This document shows, in pieces, positions 28,260 through 38,615 of a stretch of 64,000 nucleotides of DNA. Source of the stretch: Spirochaetota bacterium (GTDB taxonomy: Bacteria > Spirochaetota > UBA4802 > UB4802). Made by a program: the position numbers and the translations under genes. The notes below the pieces were generated by a model that worked only from the letters and a program-made list of their open reading frames with translations, was not told the origin of the DNA and did not search any database. The stretch spans positions 2,249-66,248 of the forward strand of contig JBFLZD010000013.1 in NCBI GenBank assembly GCA_040756435.1. The letters are read 5' to 3'. Position 1 is the stretch's first letter. The number at the start of each line of letters is the position of its first letter.

Positions 28260-29930
28260 ATGATACCATTACTCATTACATCGCTGATTATTGTCATCGT
28301 CATATTGCTGTGGGCAATAACAGGCAATGACACAAAGCCTGACACAACACAGCCGGCTCCACCTGAAAAAATGTACCGCCGTCGTGCAAGCGATTTAGAA
28401 ATAGAAGAACAATACCCCGATGCAAGCAAGCCAAAACGAAGAGCAACAGATATCCCTCTGGAAAAAACCTTCATTGATGAAGATTTCAAATTGCCGTATT
28501 CAGCTGAAGAGATAATTCCGCCTTACTCACGCTTTAGAATATACATGCGGATATTAATGAATGCTGAAGTGTATGCCAAAAAGGGCGATTTTACCACTGC
28601 TATTTCGTTATACGAAGGAGTAAACGAACGAATCCTTGATGCAGAAACTAACACAAAAATAGAAGCTAATATTGATTACCTCAAAAAATACAAACAAAAA
28701 CAGGAGATACAACAACGGCAAAAAGAAGCTGAAACCAGAAGCAAGCCAAATGAAATAAAAATTTCACTGGATAGCCCAATAAAGTTGCCCGATAAAATTC
28801 AGATTGGATTTACCCCTCAAAACTTTGATGTTGATAAAATTGTAGACGAAATAACCCGAAAAATTCAGGAAAAACAGAAGTTAGAAAATCTTGAAGATGA
28901 ACGCATCAATACATACAGGGATGAAATCAGCAAATTAACTTCTCACCTTGAGGAGCTTAAGAAAGAAGTAGCCAGTTCATTGAAAGGCATCTCTGATAAA
29001 GAAGAATCATCTGAAATTCAGAAGTTGCAAAGTCAATTGAATGACCTCACCGACAGGATGTTCAAGCTATACGAAGAAAAAGAGAAAACACGGGCTGAAC
29101 TGGAAAATTTAAAAGCAGTTCATTCCAAACTTTTAGAAGGGGGCAAAGAGCCTTCGGTTTCTACTGTTAAATATGAAGGAAAATTACCCATTCAACTTGA
29201 TCCTGAACCTATATTAAAAATATTAGAAAAACTACCTGAAATTACAGCGCCAAAACCCAAACCGGTTGACAAGGACAAGATTACGGGTGATCTTGCAAAA
29301 GATATCCTTAAAAAATTATATGGCAACAGGGACAAACCGGATGAAACAAAGCAGACATCTGAAATAGTTGAAAAAACAGAAAGGCAAAAAGAGGAAGAGG
29401 ACTGGGAACTTATCAGTGATATTGTAAAAGATGAGAAAAAAAGTGAATTGGATGAAGTCAGTGATGAGGATATATTCCAGAAGATACTGGAAGAAGATAA
29501 ACGTAAAAAACAGGACGAAATTGAAATATTAGGCGATTACAAAAAATCCGAAGAAGTTGAATATGATACTGATGACCCGGAAACACGACGTAAACTGGAA
29601 GAAGACCGTAAATTCTACGAAAAATTTTTACAGCACGACAGGCGCAAGAAAAAAGAACTGCCCATATTAAAAGTAACCTATGACTTTAAGAAGCTTCCTG
29701 ATGAATTTAGCCTATCCAGGGAAAAGAATATCCTGGAATATGCATTTTACAAATACCGCCCACTTTTACAGAAAGCCGATGACCTTATAAAGAAGCGAAA
29801 AGTACGCGATGCCCTCAATTACTACAGGGTAGTCATGCAACAGAATATACCTCCTGAATTCAAGACCATGATACGAAAAAATATCAATGACCTGAATGAG
29901 TATTTAGAGAAATATCTTACCTCAGATTAA
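28260..29930 (+). CDS. hypothetical membrane-anchored coiled-coil protein (K/E-rich, 556 aa)
   Basis: N-terminal TM helix, a long low-complexity K/E coiled-coil region and a C-terminal helical (TPR-like) region. No family was recognised. Confidence 0.5.
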   Translation: MIPLLITSLIIVIVILLWAITGNDTKPDTTQPAPPEKMYRRRASDLEIEEQYPDASKPKRRATDIPLEKTFIDEDFKLPYSAEEIIPPYSRFRIYMRILMNAEVYAKKGDFTTAISLYEGVNERILDAETNTKIEANIDYLKKYKQKQEIQQRQKEAETRSKPNEIKISLDSPIKLPDKIQIGFTPQNFDVDKIVDEITRKIQEKQKLENLEDERINTYRDEISKLTSHLEELKKEVASSLKGISDKEESSEIQKLQSQLNDLTDRMFKLYEEKEKTRAELENLKAVHSKLLEGGKEPSVSTVKYEGKLPIQLDPEPILKILEKLPEITAPKPKPVDKDKITGDLAKDILKKLYGNRDKPDETKQTSEIVEKTERQKEEEDWELISDIVKDEKKSELDEVSDEDIFQKILEEDKRKKQDEIEILGDYKKSEEVEYDTDDPETRRKLEEDRKFYEKFLQHDRRKKKELPILKVTYDFKKLPDEFSLSREKNILEYAFYKYRPLLQKADDLIKKRKVRDALNYYRVVMQQNIPPEFKTMIRKNINDLNEYLEKYLTSD

Positions 29931-30100
29931 ATGATTAATGGCGTAAATGGACGTATAAAATCTTCGTATGGCCATCCATTATCATTCGTATCGTAATGTG
30001 CCTGAGTGCAAATTCATTTTTTGGGTATTATAAACTTTTCTTTTTTTTATTGACTTTCTACATGTATTATATGTATTTTTATTATGTAAAGGTTATTGCA

Positions 30101-30448
30101 ATGATTCAACCAGTTAAACATAACCCATCAATACCTGTTATTATGCAACATAGGGGAAGGGTTGGTACTCTGGAAAATCAAAATGATGTCCTTGCTCCTA
30201 TGAAGCGCTTTAAAAAAGAGCTTCCTGTACCTCCTATTGGAGAGCAGCCTGACCTGTCACTAAGAAAAGTGAGAATACGGCAGAAGGAATTTTATTCACA
30301 CCGTGGTCAGGTGTATGAAAAATTGCAGAATACCAGCGCAGCTATAGCTTCATATCAAAAAGCATCCTATTATGAGCCATCGGATTCAAATCTTTACGGC
30401 CAGATCAAGCGGTTAAAGATACAGAGCCTGACCAACCTTAAAGCATAG
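30101..30448 (+). CDS. hypothetical protein (about 115 aa, TPR-like C-terminus)
   Basis: Start trimmed to the internal ATG preceded by AAAGG. The first 35 codons of the ORF-track version are poly-F/Y low-complexity. Confidence 0.35.
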   Translation: MIQPVKHNPSIPVIMQHRGRVGTLENQNDVLAPMKRFKKELPVPPIGEQPDLSLRKVRIRQKEFYSHRGQVYEKLQNTSAAIASYQKASYYEPSDSNLYGQIKRLKIQSLTNLKA

Positions 30449-30521
30449 CATTCTCCACCTTAAAAATTCTTGATATTATAATCCATAATACCGATTTTTA
30501 ATATATAGCAATTGCTGAAAA

Positions 30522-30640
30522 CTTATGGGCACCTTTCAAAACTGCTTTCTTCTGATTATTCATATATTTAGAAAGCAGTTTTATCCTATAGACTGTGCCC
30601 ACAAGGGAACATCCTAAAAAACAGTTTTTTGAAGTTCCCT
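30522..30640. repeat. palindromic element family 2, intact copy (nested inverted repeats GGGCAC..AAAACTGCTTTCT..AGAAAGCAGTTTT..GTGCCC, then GGGAAC..AAAAAACAGTTTTTT..GTTCCC)
   Basis: 13-bp perfect inner inverted repeat with 6-bp outer arms, and a second adjacent 6-bp/7-bp nested palindrome. A diverged inverted copy lies at 50690-50813. Confidence 0.7.
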
Positions 30641-30717
30641 TATTTTTTTGTTTACTTTTATTATGAATATACTATTCTTGAAGCACAGATAGTAATTTGA
30701 TAGGGTAACGGCAACCT

Positions 30718-31935
30718 ATGGTGCAGGAACAGTTTAAAGTTGTAAATTATCTGGCTAATTCTTTCATAGTCGTTGAAGGCAAGCGCAACGCCGATAATTT
30801 TTATATTATCCGGCAGGGTAAAGTTAAGCTTGTCAAGGAAAACCCTATTGCCCAGGAAACCAATCCTCTATTAGGACCAGGGGATTTCTTTGGTGTTATC
30901 CCCTGCATGAGCGGGCATGCCCATATTGAAAGTGCCGTTGCTTTGACCGATGTATCGCTCATTTCAGTACAGCGCGACCAGTTTGGCATACTCATCCAGA
31001 AAAACCCTGCGGTTGCCATGAAGATTATCCGCTTTTTTTCCCGTAAACTCAGGGAATTTGACCAGGCTATTACACGACTGACGTTTGCCAATGCTGTTGA
31101 AGAGGACCCCGAACACCTATTTAAGATTGGCGAGTATTACCTTAAAAAGAAAAACCTGCCCCATGCTGCATACGCATTACAGCGCTATATTCAGCATTGT
31201 CCAACCGGCACAAACCGGGATAAGGCAATAGCTCATCTGAAATCAATCAATGCCCCGCTCAAGGTTCCTGAAAATCCTCAGAAAAACAGTCTCACCCGAT
31301 TATATAAAGATAACCAGATGATATTCTGTGAAAACGAACCGGGAGATGAACTCTACATTATTCAGGGCGGCAAGGTAAAGATTACCAAAATTGTTGATGA
31401 AGAGGTGTTGCTTGCAGTGCTAAAGCCTGGCGATATCTTTGGTGAAATGGCATTGCTGGAAAACAGGCCACGAAGCGCTTCAGCTATTACTTTTGGCGAT
31501 ACCACACTTATGGCTATCAACCGGCAAAATTTTGAAACAATGGTTCAAACACAACCGCAGCTTGCAACCAGGCTTATACAGCTTTTAAGTGAACGTATCT
31601 GGACAGCCTACCGGCAGCTTGAAAATTTGATGATTCGTGATCCGTTGGGAAGAATGTATGATACATTGCTAATACAGGTAGAAAAACAGAAAGTACGTAT
31701 AGCCCCCAAAGAAAGCTTTACTTTTGATTTTGGAGTTAAAGAGCTTCTCAATATGGTGGGAATCCCACAGGATAAGGGCGACCACTTAGTAGTGGAATTG
31801 CTTGAAGACAAAAATATTACACTTGACGAAGGCAAGCTCATCTGCACTAACTTAGAAGAGCTTGAAAAGACTGTAAACTTTTATAAGAAAAAATCAGCTT
31901 TAGAACGCAAACGTGAAGCCAGCAAGAGTAGTTAA
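30718..31935 (+). CDS. tandem cyclic-nucleotide-binding (CNB) domain protein with a central TPR-like linker
   Basis: Two CNB domains (FIVVEGKRNADNFYIIRQGKVKL...GDFFG and LYIIQGGKVKITK...GDIFGEMALLENRPRSASA). No DNA-binding HTH was recognised. Confidence 0.75.
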   Translation: MVQEQFKVVNYLANSFIVVEGKRNADNFYIIRQGKVKLVKENPIAQETNPLLGPGDFFGVIPCMSGHAHIESAVALTDVSLISVQRDQFGILIQKNPAVAMKIIRFFSRKLREFDQAITRLTFANAVEEDPEHLFKIGEYYLKKKNLPHAAYALQRYIQHCPTGTNRDKAIAHLKSINAPLKVPENPQKNSLTRLYKDNQMIFCENEPGDELYIIQGGKVKITKIVDEEVLLAVLKPGDIFGEMALLENRPRSASAITFGDTTLMAINRQNFETMVQTQPQLATRLIQLLSERIWTAYRQLENLMIRDPLGRMYDTLLIQVEKQKVRIAPKESFTFDFGVKELLNMVGIPQDKGDHLVVELLEDKNITLDEGKLICTNLEELEKTVNFYKKKSALERKREASKSS

Positions 31936-34009
31936 ATATAGTGTTATAGTACTTTTCATTGTACTTTTGCTGATTGCTGCTTTTGCAGCAGCATTTGTCT
32001 ATTTTTTCCCTAAAGAAACATTGAAGTCAATTATTGTACAAACACTGGGGAATTCCTTAAATAGGCCAGTTACTATAGGAACTATCGACTATAGTATCAG
32101 AGGTATCCAGATAACTGACCTGTACATATACGACACTGATAAAGAGAAGCCGTATATTGCACACTCAAAGGATGCAGCCATCAGGTTTCAGCTTATCCCC
32201 TTATTAAACAAACAATTCATCATTAACTATATTTCACTTGATAATGCCATAATTCATATACTGTACTACACAGAAAATAAACTAACAACGTCAAATCTTG
32301 AAAAATTGCTCAAAGAATTATTATCCAAAGAAAAATCATCCATAACTACTCAAATCAAATCACTATCACTTAATAACACAACCGTTATTCTTGAAAACCC
32401 ACCTCAAAAGCTTAAACCCTTAGAAGGGAAATACAATATTGATACACATGTGGAACTGAAAGATGATATCCTGGCATTGAAAAACCTTTCAATAATACTT
32501 CCACAAAACAGAGGGAAAATTTCCGGTGATTGTTCCATAACTATTACCAGTAATTATGCAATTCATGGTGATTTTAACCTGCGTGATTGCGATCTACTAT
32601 GGGTTTACAACTGGGGAAAAGATCTGGCCAATATACTGCCTTACCGGGTGTTTTCAGGTACTATCGACAACCTGATGATAACAAAGAATGCTGTTTTAGG
32701 GACTGTAACCGGCAGTTGCAAACTCAGCAATAACGCACTGCTTTTTTTAGGCAATGCATTTGCCAATGTTAATCTCAATAAAGGCACTGTAACAGTAACC
32801 AATGCAAAAGGAAAAATTGAAAATTCAACGTTTGTACTGAACCAGTTACTGTTTACGTTCCACGGAGAAATTAAGAATATTAAAGTAAGTGATGCATCAA
32901 TTAATATAAAAGAGATAGCTCCATTATTAGGTAAAATTGATATACGTGACGTTGCCGGTGAACTGAAGGGAAATTTTGAATATAAAGACAATAGTATTGA
33001 TGCTGATGTAACGCTATCAAACCTTACTATTGGACAAAAAGGTACTATCCTGTCATTACAGGAAACAAGTCTTCTGATAAAAAATAATCAATTTAAAAAA
33101 GATGGCATACAGGCAATCGTATACTCAGTACCCTGCGTTTTATCGGTTGCAACTGTAGACTCATCATTTGAAAAATTTATTGTAAACATTGAAGCTGATG
33201 CTGTTGACCTCAACAAAATCATTACCCAACAGCCTGAAAAACCTGAACAGCCACAAAAGCTAGAAAGAGAAATACATATACCGTATGAACTATCAGGAAA
33301 ATGTATTATTCAAAAAATGTACAAAGATAATCTGGTTATTGAAAAAATAAACTGCACCTATACCATGTCAAAAAATATAATTGCACTGCCCACATTTTCA
33401 GCTAAGGTATTTGGAGGAGATGTTACTGGCAGAAGCGTCATCACCCTTTCACAGGAAAACCCTCAAATCACCCTGGTGGCAAAATTTACCAATGCACGAC
33501 TGCAGAATATAAGCTCATACCTTCAGGAATATGAAAACAGGCTCTTTGGTAATATATCAGGACAATTACAGGTAACTATCGTGCCTAAAGATCCTGTTAT
33601 TGATAGAATAACCGGCAAAGTTGAAGTGTCAGTAGAAAATGGCAAACTGGCCAACACTGGATTACAGAATGGACTGAGTATATGGCTTAGCGATTTAAAA
33701 TACAAACTGGCCAATTTAGAGTTTCAGAAAATATACGGGAATTTTAATCTCAATGGCCCTATTATTACCATCAATTCTTTTATCTTTAATGCACCTGAGA
33801 TACGGTTAAAATTAAATGGTCAGTACAACCGCCATGAAGAAAGTGATGTAGCTATTTCACTGGAATTCAGTTCAAACTTTATCCAGGACCTGCCCAACCC
33901 TGCCCTGCTGCAACTTGCAAAATACAAAAAGGGCCGGTGGTATATTATTCCATTCAGGGCACAGGGCAAAGATATCTTTGAAGGCAAAAATATAAAGCAG
34001 GTACAATAA
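31913..34009 (+). CDS. AsmA/TamB-like envelope protein (putative), N-terminal signal anchor
   Basis: 698 aa with an N-terminal TM helix and a long beta-rich body; the N-terminal region resembles the AsmA family. GTG start, overlapping the CNB gene by 23 nt. Confidence 0.35.
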   Translation: MKPARVVKYSVIVLFIVLLLIAAFAAAFVYFFPKETLKSIIVQTLGNSLNRPVTIGTIDYSIRGIQITDLYIYDTDKEKPYIAHSKDAAIRFQLIPLLNKQFIINYISLDNAIIHILYYTENKLTTSNLEKLLKELLSKEKSSITTQIKSLSLNNTTVILENPPQKLKPLEGKYNIDTHVELKDDILALKNLSIILPQNRGKISGDCSITITSNYAIHGDFNLRDCDLLWVYNWGKDLANILPYRVFSGTIDNLMITKNAVLGTVTGSCKLSNNALLFLGNAFANVNLNKGTVTVTNAKGKIENSTFVLNQLLFTFHGEIKNIKVSDASINIKEIAPLLGKIDIRDVAGELKGNFEYKDNSIDADVTLSNLTIGQKGTILSLQETSLLIKNNQFKKDGIQAIVYSVPCVLSVATVDSSFEKFIVNIEADAVDLNKIITQQPEKPEQPQKLEREIHIPYELSGKCIIQKMYKDNLVIEKINCTYTMSKNIIALPTFSAKVFGGDVTGRSVITLSQENPQITLVAKFTNARLQNISSYLQEYENRLFGNISGQLQVTIVPKDPVIDRITGKVEVSVENGKLANTGLQNGLSIWLSDLKYKLANLEFQKIYGNFNLNGPIITINSFIFNAPEIRLKLNGQYNRHEESDVAISLEFSSNFIQDLPNPALLQLAKYKKGRWYIIPFRAQGKDIFEGKNIKQVQ

Positions 34010-34010
34010 C

Positions 34011-34529
34011 TTATTTTGTCAATTCGGCCTTAACCTTGGCCATCAGGCCACCTTTTGCAATGATATCCTGCATAAATGGTGGAAAAGGTTTTGCCCTGTA
34101 TTCCTTATTTTTTGTAATGTTTTTAATAATACCTGAATCAAAATCAATCTCTATCTCATCTCCCTGTGCAATATCACGCGCTGCTTCCTCTGACTCAATG
34201 ATGGGAAGGCCAATGTTTATGCTGTTTCGGTAAAATATGCGGGCAAAAGACTGCGCAATAACACATGAAATTTTTGCTGCTTTTATGGCTATGGGAGCAT
34301 GTTCCCGTGATGAGCCGCATCCAAAATTTTTACCGGCAACAATGATATCACCGGCCTTTGCCTTTTTCATAAAATCAGGGTCAGCATCTTCCATGCAGTG
34401 CGCTGCCAACTCATCAGGATCTGATGTGTTAAGATAGCGTGCCGGTATAATTTCATCGGTATTTATATCATTACCAAATTTCCAAACTTTTCCATGTGCT
34501 TTCATGCTGTACCTCGTGAATAATTTCAA
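34011..34529 (-). CDS. leuD: 3-isopropylmalate dehydratase / homoaconitase small subunit (LeuD-type, short form)
   Basis: 172 aa with the aconitase swivel domain pattern ([27 protein letters not shown]), immediately downstream of the large subunit. Confidence 0.8.
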   Translation of the reverse strand: MKLFTRYSMKAHGKVWKFGNDINTDEIIPARYLNTSDPDELAAHCMEDADPDFMKKAKAGDIIVAGKNFGCGSSREHAPIAIKAAKISCVIAQSFARIFYRNSINIGLPIIESEEAARDIAQGDEIEIDFDSGIIKNITKNKEYRAKPFPPFMQDIIAKGGLMAKVKAELTK

Positions 34530-34545
34530 TTAGCGATAGTTCATG

Positions 34546-35805
34546 TTATCGCAATTCATCCGGATGAGCAATCCTTCCCAGAATAGCAGATGCTGCTGCC
34601 ACCGCAGGGCTTGCTAAATACACTTCACTTTTTGGATGACCCATACGGCCAACAAAGTTTCGGTTTGTAGTGGCAACACAGCGCTCACCTTCGGCCAGTA
34701 TCCCCATGTGACCACCTAAACATGGCCCGCATGTTGGAGCAGATACTGCCGCTTCAGCTTCAATGAATATATCTATAAGCCCCTCTTCCAGCGCTTTTCT
34801 ATATACTTCCTGTGTTGCAGGTATTATGAGCAATCTGACATCTTTATGCACTTTGCGGCCCTTTAATATCTTTGCTGCTACCCGCAGATCCTCAATTCTA
34901 CCGTTGGTGCAGGAGCCAATAACGACCTGATCAATGGGGATGCCGGCTTCACGGGCAGGTTTAGCATTTTCAGGCAGGTGTGGAAAAGCTACCGTTGGTT
35001 CAATTTTTGAAGCATCATATTCTTTAACCGCAGCATAGCGTGCATCATCATCGCTGTAGTACAGTGTATAGGGAAGACCTGTGCGGCTTTTAATATACTC
35101 AACGGTCTTGCCATCGGGGGCAAAGATACCATTTTTTGCACCAGCCTCAATGGCCATATTGGCCATGGTCATTCTCCCTTCCATGGATAATTCAGCAATA
35201 GTTTCGCCGGTAAATTCCATTGATTGATATAATGCACCGTCAACACCAATGCTTCCTATAATATGTAAAATGATATCCTTGGCCGATACATACGGTTGCA
35301 GTTTGCCATACACTACAAATTTAATTGATTCCGGCACCTTAAACCATGTTTTGCCAGTGGCCATTGCTGCCGCCATATCAGTGGAACCAACACCGGTAGA
35401 AAATGCACCAAATGCCCCATATGTACAGGTGTGTGAATCAGCACCAATGATACACATACCCGGGCGCACCAAACCCAATTCCGGAAGCAGAGCATGTTCA
35501 ACACCAACCCTGCCCACATCATAAAAGTGAACAATAGTATATTTCCGAGCAAACTCTCTTAATATCTTAACCTGCTGGGCAGATTTTATATCCTTGTTGG
35601 GAGTAAAATGATCCGGTATAAGCGCTATTTTTTCATTATCAAAAACTTTTGATACACCTAAATCTTCAAATTCTTTAATAGCAATAGGGGCGGTAATATC
35701 ATTACCCAGTACTAAATCCACTTTAGCTTCAATTAATTCACCTGGTTCTACACGTTCCTTCCCGGCATGTGCAGCTAAAATCTTTTCAGTAATTGTCATG
35801 CCCAT
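34546..35805 (-). CDS. leuC: 3-isopropylmalate dehydratase / homoaconitase large subunit (LeuC-type)
   Basis: Aconitase-family motifs and cysteine ligands ([30 protein letters not shown]), 419 aa. Confidence 0.85.
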   Translation of the reverse strand: MGMTITEKILAAHAGKERVEPGELIEAKVDLVLGNDITAPIAIKEFEDLGVSKVFDNEKIALIPDHFTPNKDIKSAQQVKILREFARKYTIVHFYDVGRVGVEHALLPELGLVRPGMCIIGADSHTCTYGAFGAFSTGVGSTDMAAAMATGKTWFKVPESIKFVVYGKLQPYVSAKDIILHIIGSIGVDGALYQSMEFTGETIAELSMEGRMTMANMAIEAGAKNGIFAPDGKTVEYIKSRTGLPYTLYYSDDDARYAAVKEYDASKIEPTVAFPHLPENAKPAREAGIPIDQVVIGSCTNGRIEDLRVAAKILKGRKVHKDVRLLIIPATQEVYRKALEEGLIDIFIEAEAAVSAPTCGPCLGGHMGILAEGERCVATTNRNFVGRMGHPKSEVYLASPAVAAASAILGRIAHPDELR

Positions 35806-35949
35806 ACTATTATTCCTCTACATAGATATTTACATTAACATGCGGTTACAATAGTAAAAATGTATCATTCTTTTATATATTTTCATTTTTTTTATGGAAG
35901 TTTTGGCGATAGTTACTGAATATACAACGGGTACGCCTTAAAACAAACC

Positions 35950-36232
35950 GTGGGCTCGCAGTGACGTGAGTGCAATGTCATTGCGAGCATAGTGCTTGCA
36001 CTGAGTGCTTCGACGAGCTCAGCAACCACTTGTCGAAGTGAAGCAATCTTTATGATTGAAGGCGAGATTGCCACGGCACTGCGTGCCTCGCAATGACGGA
36101 TTTGCTGTCACCGCGAGGGGCGTAAGCCCCGTGGCGGTCTCTTGTTCCCATAGTGTCTTTACGAGTGGATCAACGCAATCTTTAGGTAATAAACGGCGAG
36201 ATTGCTTCAGCACTTCGTTCCTCGCAATGACA
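35950..36232. repeat. palindromic repeat cluster C (family 1, inverted relative to A/B): 121-bp unit (35977-36097), GC palindrome, degenerate short unit (36198-36231)
   Basis: Positions 36064-36231 are the reverse complement of the cluster B composite (25406-25550) at roughly 95% identity. Confidence 0.85.
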
Positions 36233-36282
36233 CGGTTGCAAAGTAATTGCAATGAGGTGTCTTTTGGGATACCCTCAGAAAG

Positions 36283-37479
36283 TTATATATTTTCAATAAG
36301 AACTGCACCGCCCATTCCACCACCAACACATAGTGTGGCAATTCCCCATTTTACATTGCGCTTTTTCATCTCATAGATGAGCGATACAATGATGCGGGCG
36401 CCGGTGCATCCCACAGGATGACCCAACGCAATCCCTGAACCATTGACATTGACCTTACTGCGGTCAAGCATTAGGCCCTTTTCACACGCTAAATATTGTG
36501 CAGCAAAGGCTTCATTGAGTTCTATAAGGTCTATATCATCTAATTTTTTCCCTGTTTTTTTAAGCAATTTCTGAACTGCCGGCACAGGCCCATATCCCAT
36601 AAGATGAGGCTCAACACCGGCAAATGCATTCCCGGCAATCCTTGCCAATGGCTTTAAGCCAAGTTCATTTGCACGCTTTGCTGTAGTCAGTACTAATGCT
36701 GCTGCACCATCATTAATCCCTGATGCATTACCAGCAGTAACCGTTCCATTCTTTTTAAATGCAGGCTTAAGCGTTGCCAGATTTTCCAGTGTAATATCAC
36801 GGCGGACATGTTCATCTTTCTCAAACATTTTTAGTTCGCCTTTCTTCTGCGGTATGGGAACAGGAACTATCTCATCATTAAACCTGCCAGAATCAATGGC
36901 TGCAGCCGCCTTTTTATGGCTTTCATAAGCCACCTGATCCTGTTCTTCCCGTGAAATAGAATATTTTTCTGCTAAATTTTCTGCAGTTTGCCCCATAATA
37001 AATGGCTCACCCAAAAGGCCACTACCAGAATGCAGCAATTCCCACATGGCATCAGTAAGCTCAGAGTGAGTAAGCCGCAAACCCCATCGCGCTTTCCACA
37101 ATACATATGGTGCATTTGACATTGACTCAACACCACCAGCAAGCACAAAGTCCGAGTCACCTGCAATGAGCTGCTGGCTTCCAAATACCACCGCCGTCAT
37201 TCCTGAGGCACACTGCCGCTGTACCGATGTTGCAGGCACTTCCACCGGGATACCTGCTTTGAGTGCTGCAGTGCGAGCAACATTTGCCTCATCGGATCCC
37301 ATTAAACAGTTTCCAAAAATTACATCCGACAGAGCGCTTCCTTCAACATGTGCACGCCGCAAAGCTTCTTTCATTACCAGTGCAGCTAATTCATACGCTT
37401 TAACATCTTTTAATGATTGTCCAAAACTGCCAATAGGCGTTCTACACGCGGAAACTATGACAACATCATTATCAGCCAT
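36283..37479 (-). CDS. acetyl-CoA C-acetyltransferase (thiolase)
   Basis: Thiolase signatures ([36 protein letters not shown]). Confidence 0.9.
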   Translation of the reverse strand: MADNDVVIVSACRTPIGSFGQSLKDVKAYELAALVMKEALRRAHVEGSALSDVIFGNCLMGSDEANVARTAALKAGIPVEVPATSVQRQCASGMTAVVFGSQQLIAGDSDFVLAGGVESMSNAPYVLWKARWGLRLTHSELTDAMWELLHSGSGLLGEPFIMGQTAENLAEKYSISREEQDQVAYESHKKAAAAIDSGRFNDEIVPVPIPQKKGELKMFEKDEHVRRDITLENLATLKPAFKKNGTVTAGNASGINDGAAALVLTTAKRANELGLKPLARIAGNAFAGVEPHLMGYGPVPAVQKLLKKTGKKLDDIDLIELNEAFAAQYLACEKGLMLDRSKVNVNGSGIALGHPVGCTGARIIVSLIYEMKKRNVKWGIATLCVGGGMGGAVLIENI

Positions 37480-37495
37480 TCTTCATCCTCCATTG

Positions 37496-37515
37496 TATAG
37501 TATAGTATAGTATAG
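37496..37515. repeat. pentanucleotide microsatellite (TATAG)x4 immediately upstream of the thiolase RBS
   Basis: tatagtatagtatagtatag. On the gene strand this is CTATA x4, which creates overlapping TATACT -10-like hexamers. Confidence 0.7.
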
Positions 37516-37713
37516 TAAAATAAGACCATGCACAACAACCACTACAGGCTTGAAGCGGTTATATAATAAGTAGTAAAAACGTATACCTTTCCTGCTTCCC
37601 AATGAGGTGGGATTGCATACAGTATTGCTACTGTATTACAAATATATTTCTAAAATGGTAGGGTTATTTTGCAAGTCTTTAATTATCTATCTATCATTTT
37701 TTGGATACCAGTA

Positions 37714-38064
37714 TCACGTTACCGGCAAAAATTTATTTTCAAACTCTTCTTTTGTATTAATAGAAAAAAACTTATCCAGGCGTGAGGTCTTGAATATAGT
37801 TATAACCGATGGAGCAACATTAAAAAGTGCTAAGGTAATCTTTCTATTTGTTGCACTGTTCATAAATTTTACCAGTGTCCCCAATGCTGATGAATCAATA
37901 AACTTTAGTTCCTTGCAATTGAAGCCTATGACTCTTGGTTTTTTTGCTAAGGCTTCATTCCAGGCATTTTCAACATTTCGTATGACATCAATATCAAATT
38001 CGCCTTCAAGGTCAATGACTACAACATCTCCTAACTGGTTAATAGAAACATTAAGCATGGCCAA
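37714..38064 (-). CDS. STAS-domain protein (anti-sigma-factor antagonist-like)
   Basis: 116-aa SpoIIAA-like pattern (VVIDLEGEFD...FIDSSALGTLV). Confidence 0.7.
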   Translation of the reverse strand: MAMLNVSINQLGDVVVIDLEGEFDIDVIRNVENAWNEALAKKPRVIGFNCKELKFIDSSALGTLVKFMNSATNRKITLALFNVAPSVITIFKTSRLDKFFSINTKEEFENKFLPVT

Positions 38065-38237
38065 TCACCTCATCTAAGCTGTATATGCTTTTTAGCACCA
38101 TGTGAATTGTACATTATGAAAATTTCAATCGCAAGCATATTTTTTAACTGTGGACAAAAAAATAATTTACAAAACAACAAAGCGTATTATACATTTGCAG
38201 TTACGTTTGTCATTTTTATATATACAAGGATTATACT

Positions 38238-38603
38238 ATGAGGTTCGCACTACTGTTAAAAGCATTGGCATTAATGTTACACATTGCATCTAAGCGCAAT
38301 GAAGACTTCAAACGTTATATTGGCACAGTCAGTGTCAAAATAGCCATTAAAACAAAAAATAATAAAGGACGGACCTTTATCTTTAACAATGGCTCTGTCT
38401 CTTCAACACATTCGCTCAAACACTATGACGCAGCCCTTGTCTTTTCTGATGCTAAAGTTGGTTTTAACGTATTGAAAGAAGGCACACAGGAAGCATCGTT
38501 TTATGCAGCAGCAACAGGCAACCTGTATGTTGAGGGGATGGCTTTTTTCATTCAGTGGTTCAATGACGCAGTAACTATCGCCATGAATAAAAACAAAAAA
38601 TAA
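38238..38603 (+). CDS. SCP2 sterol-carrier-like domain protein (putative)
   Basis: The C-terminal half DAALVFSDAKVGFNVLKEGTQEASFYAAATGNLYVEGMAFFIQW follows the SCP2 consensus (AD..L..SD..F..L..G......AFM.GKLK.EGDM). Confidence 0.45.
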   Translation: MRFALLLKALALMLHIASKRNEDFKRYIGTVSVKIAIKTKNNKGRTFIFNNGSVSSTHSLKHYDAALVFSDAKVGFNVLKEGTQEASFYAAATGNLYVEGMAFFIQWFNDAVTIAMNKNKK

Positions 38604-38615
38604 ACAGGAGGAATT

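Noticed and set aside
36019-36376. ORFs 36019..36252 and 36056..36376
   Set aside because: Repeat-derived; they overlap repeat cluster C.
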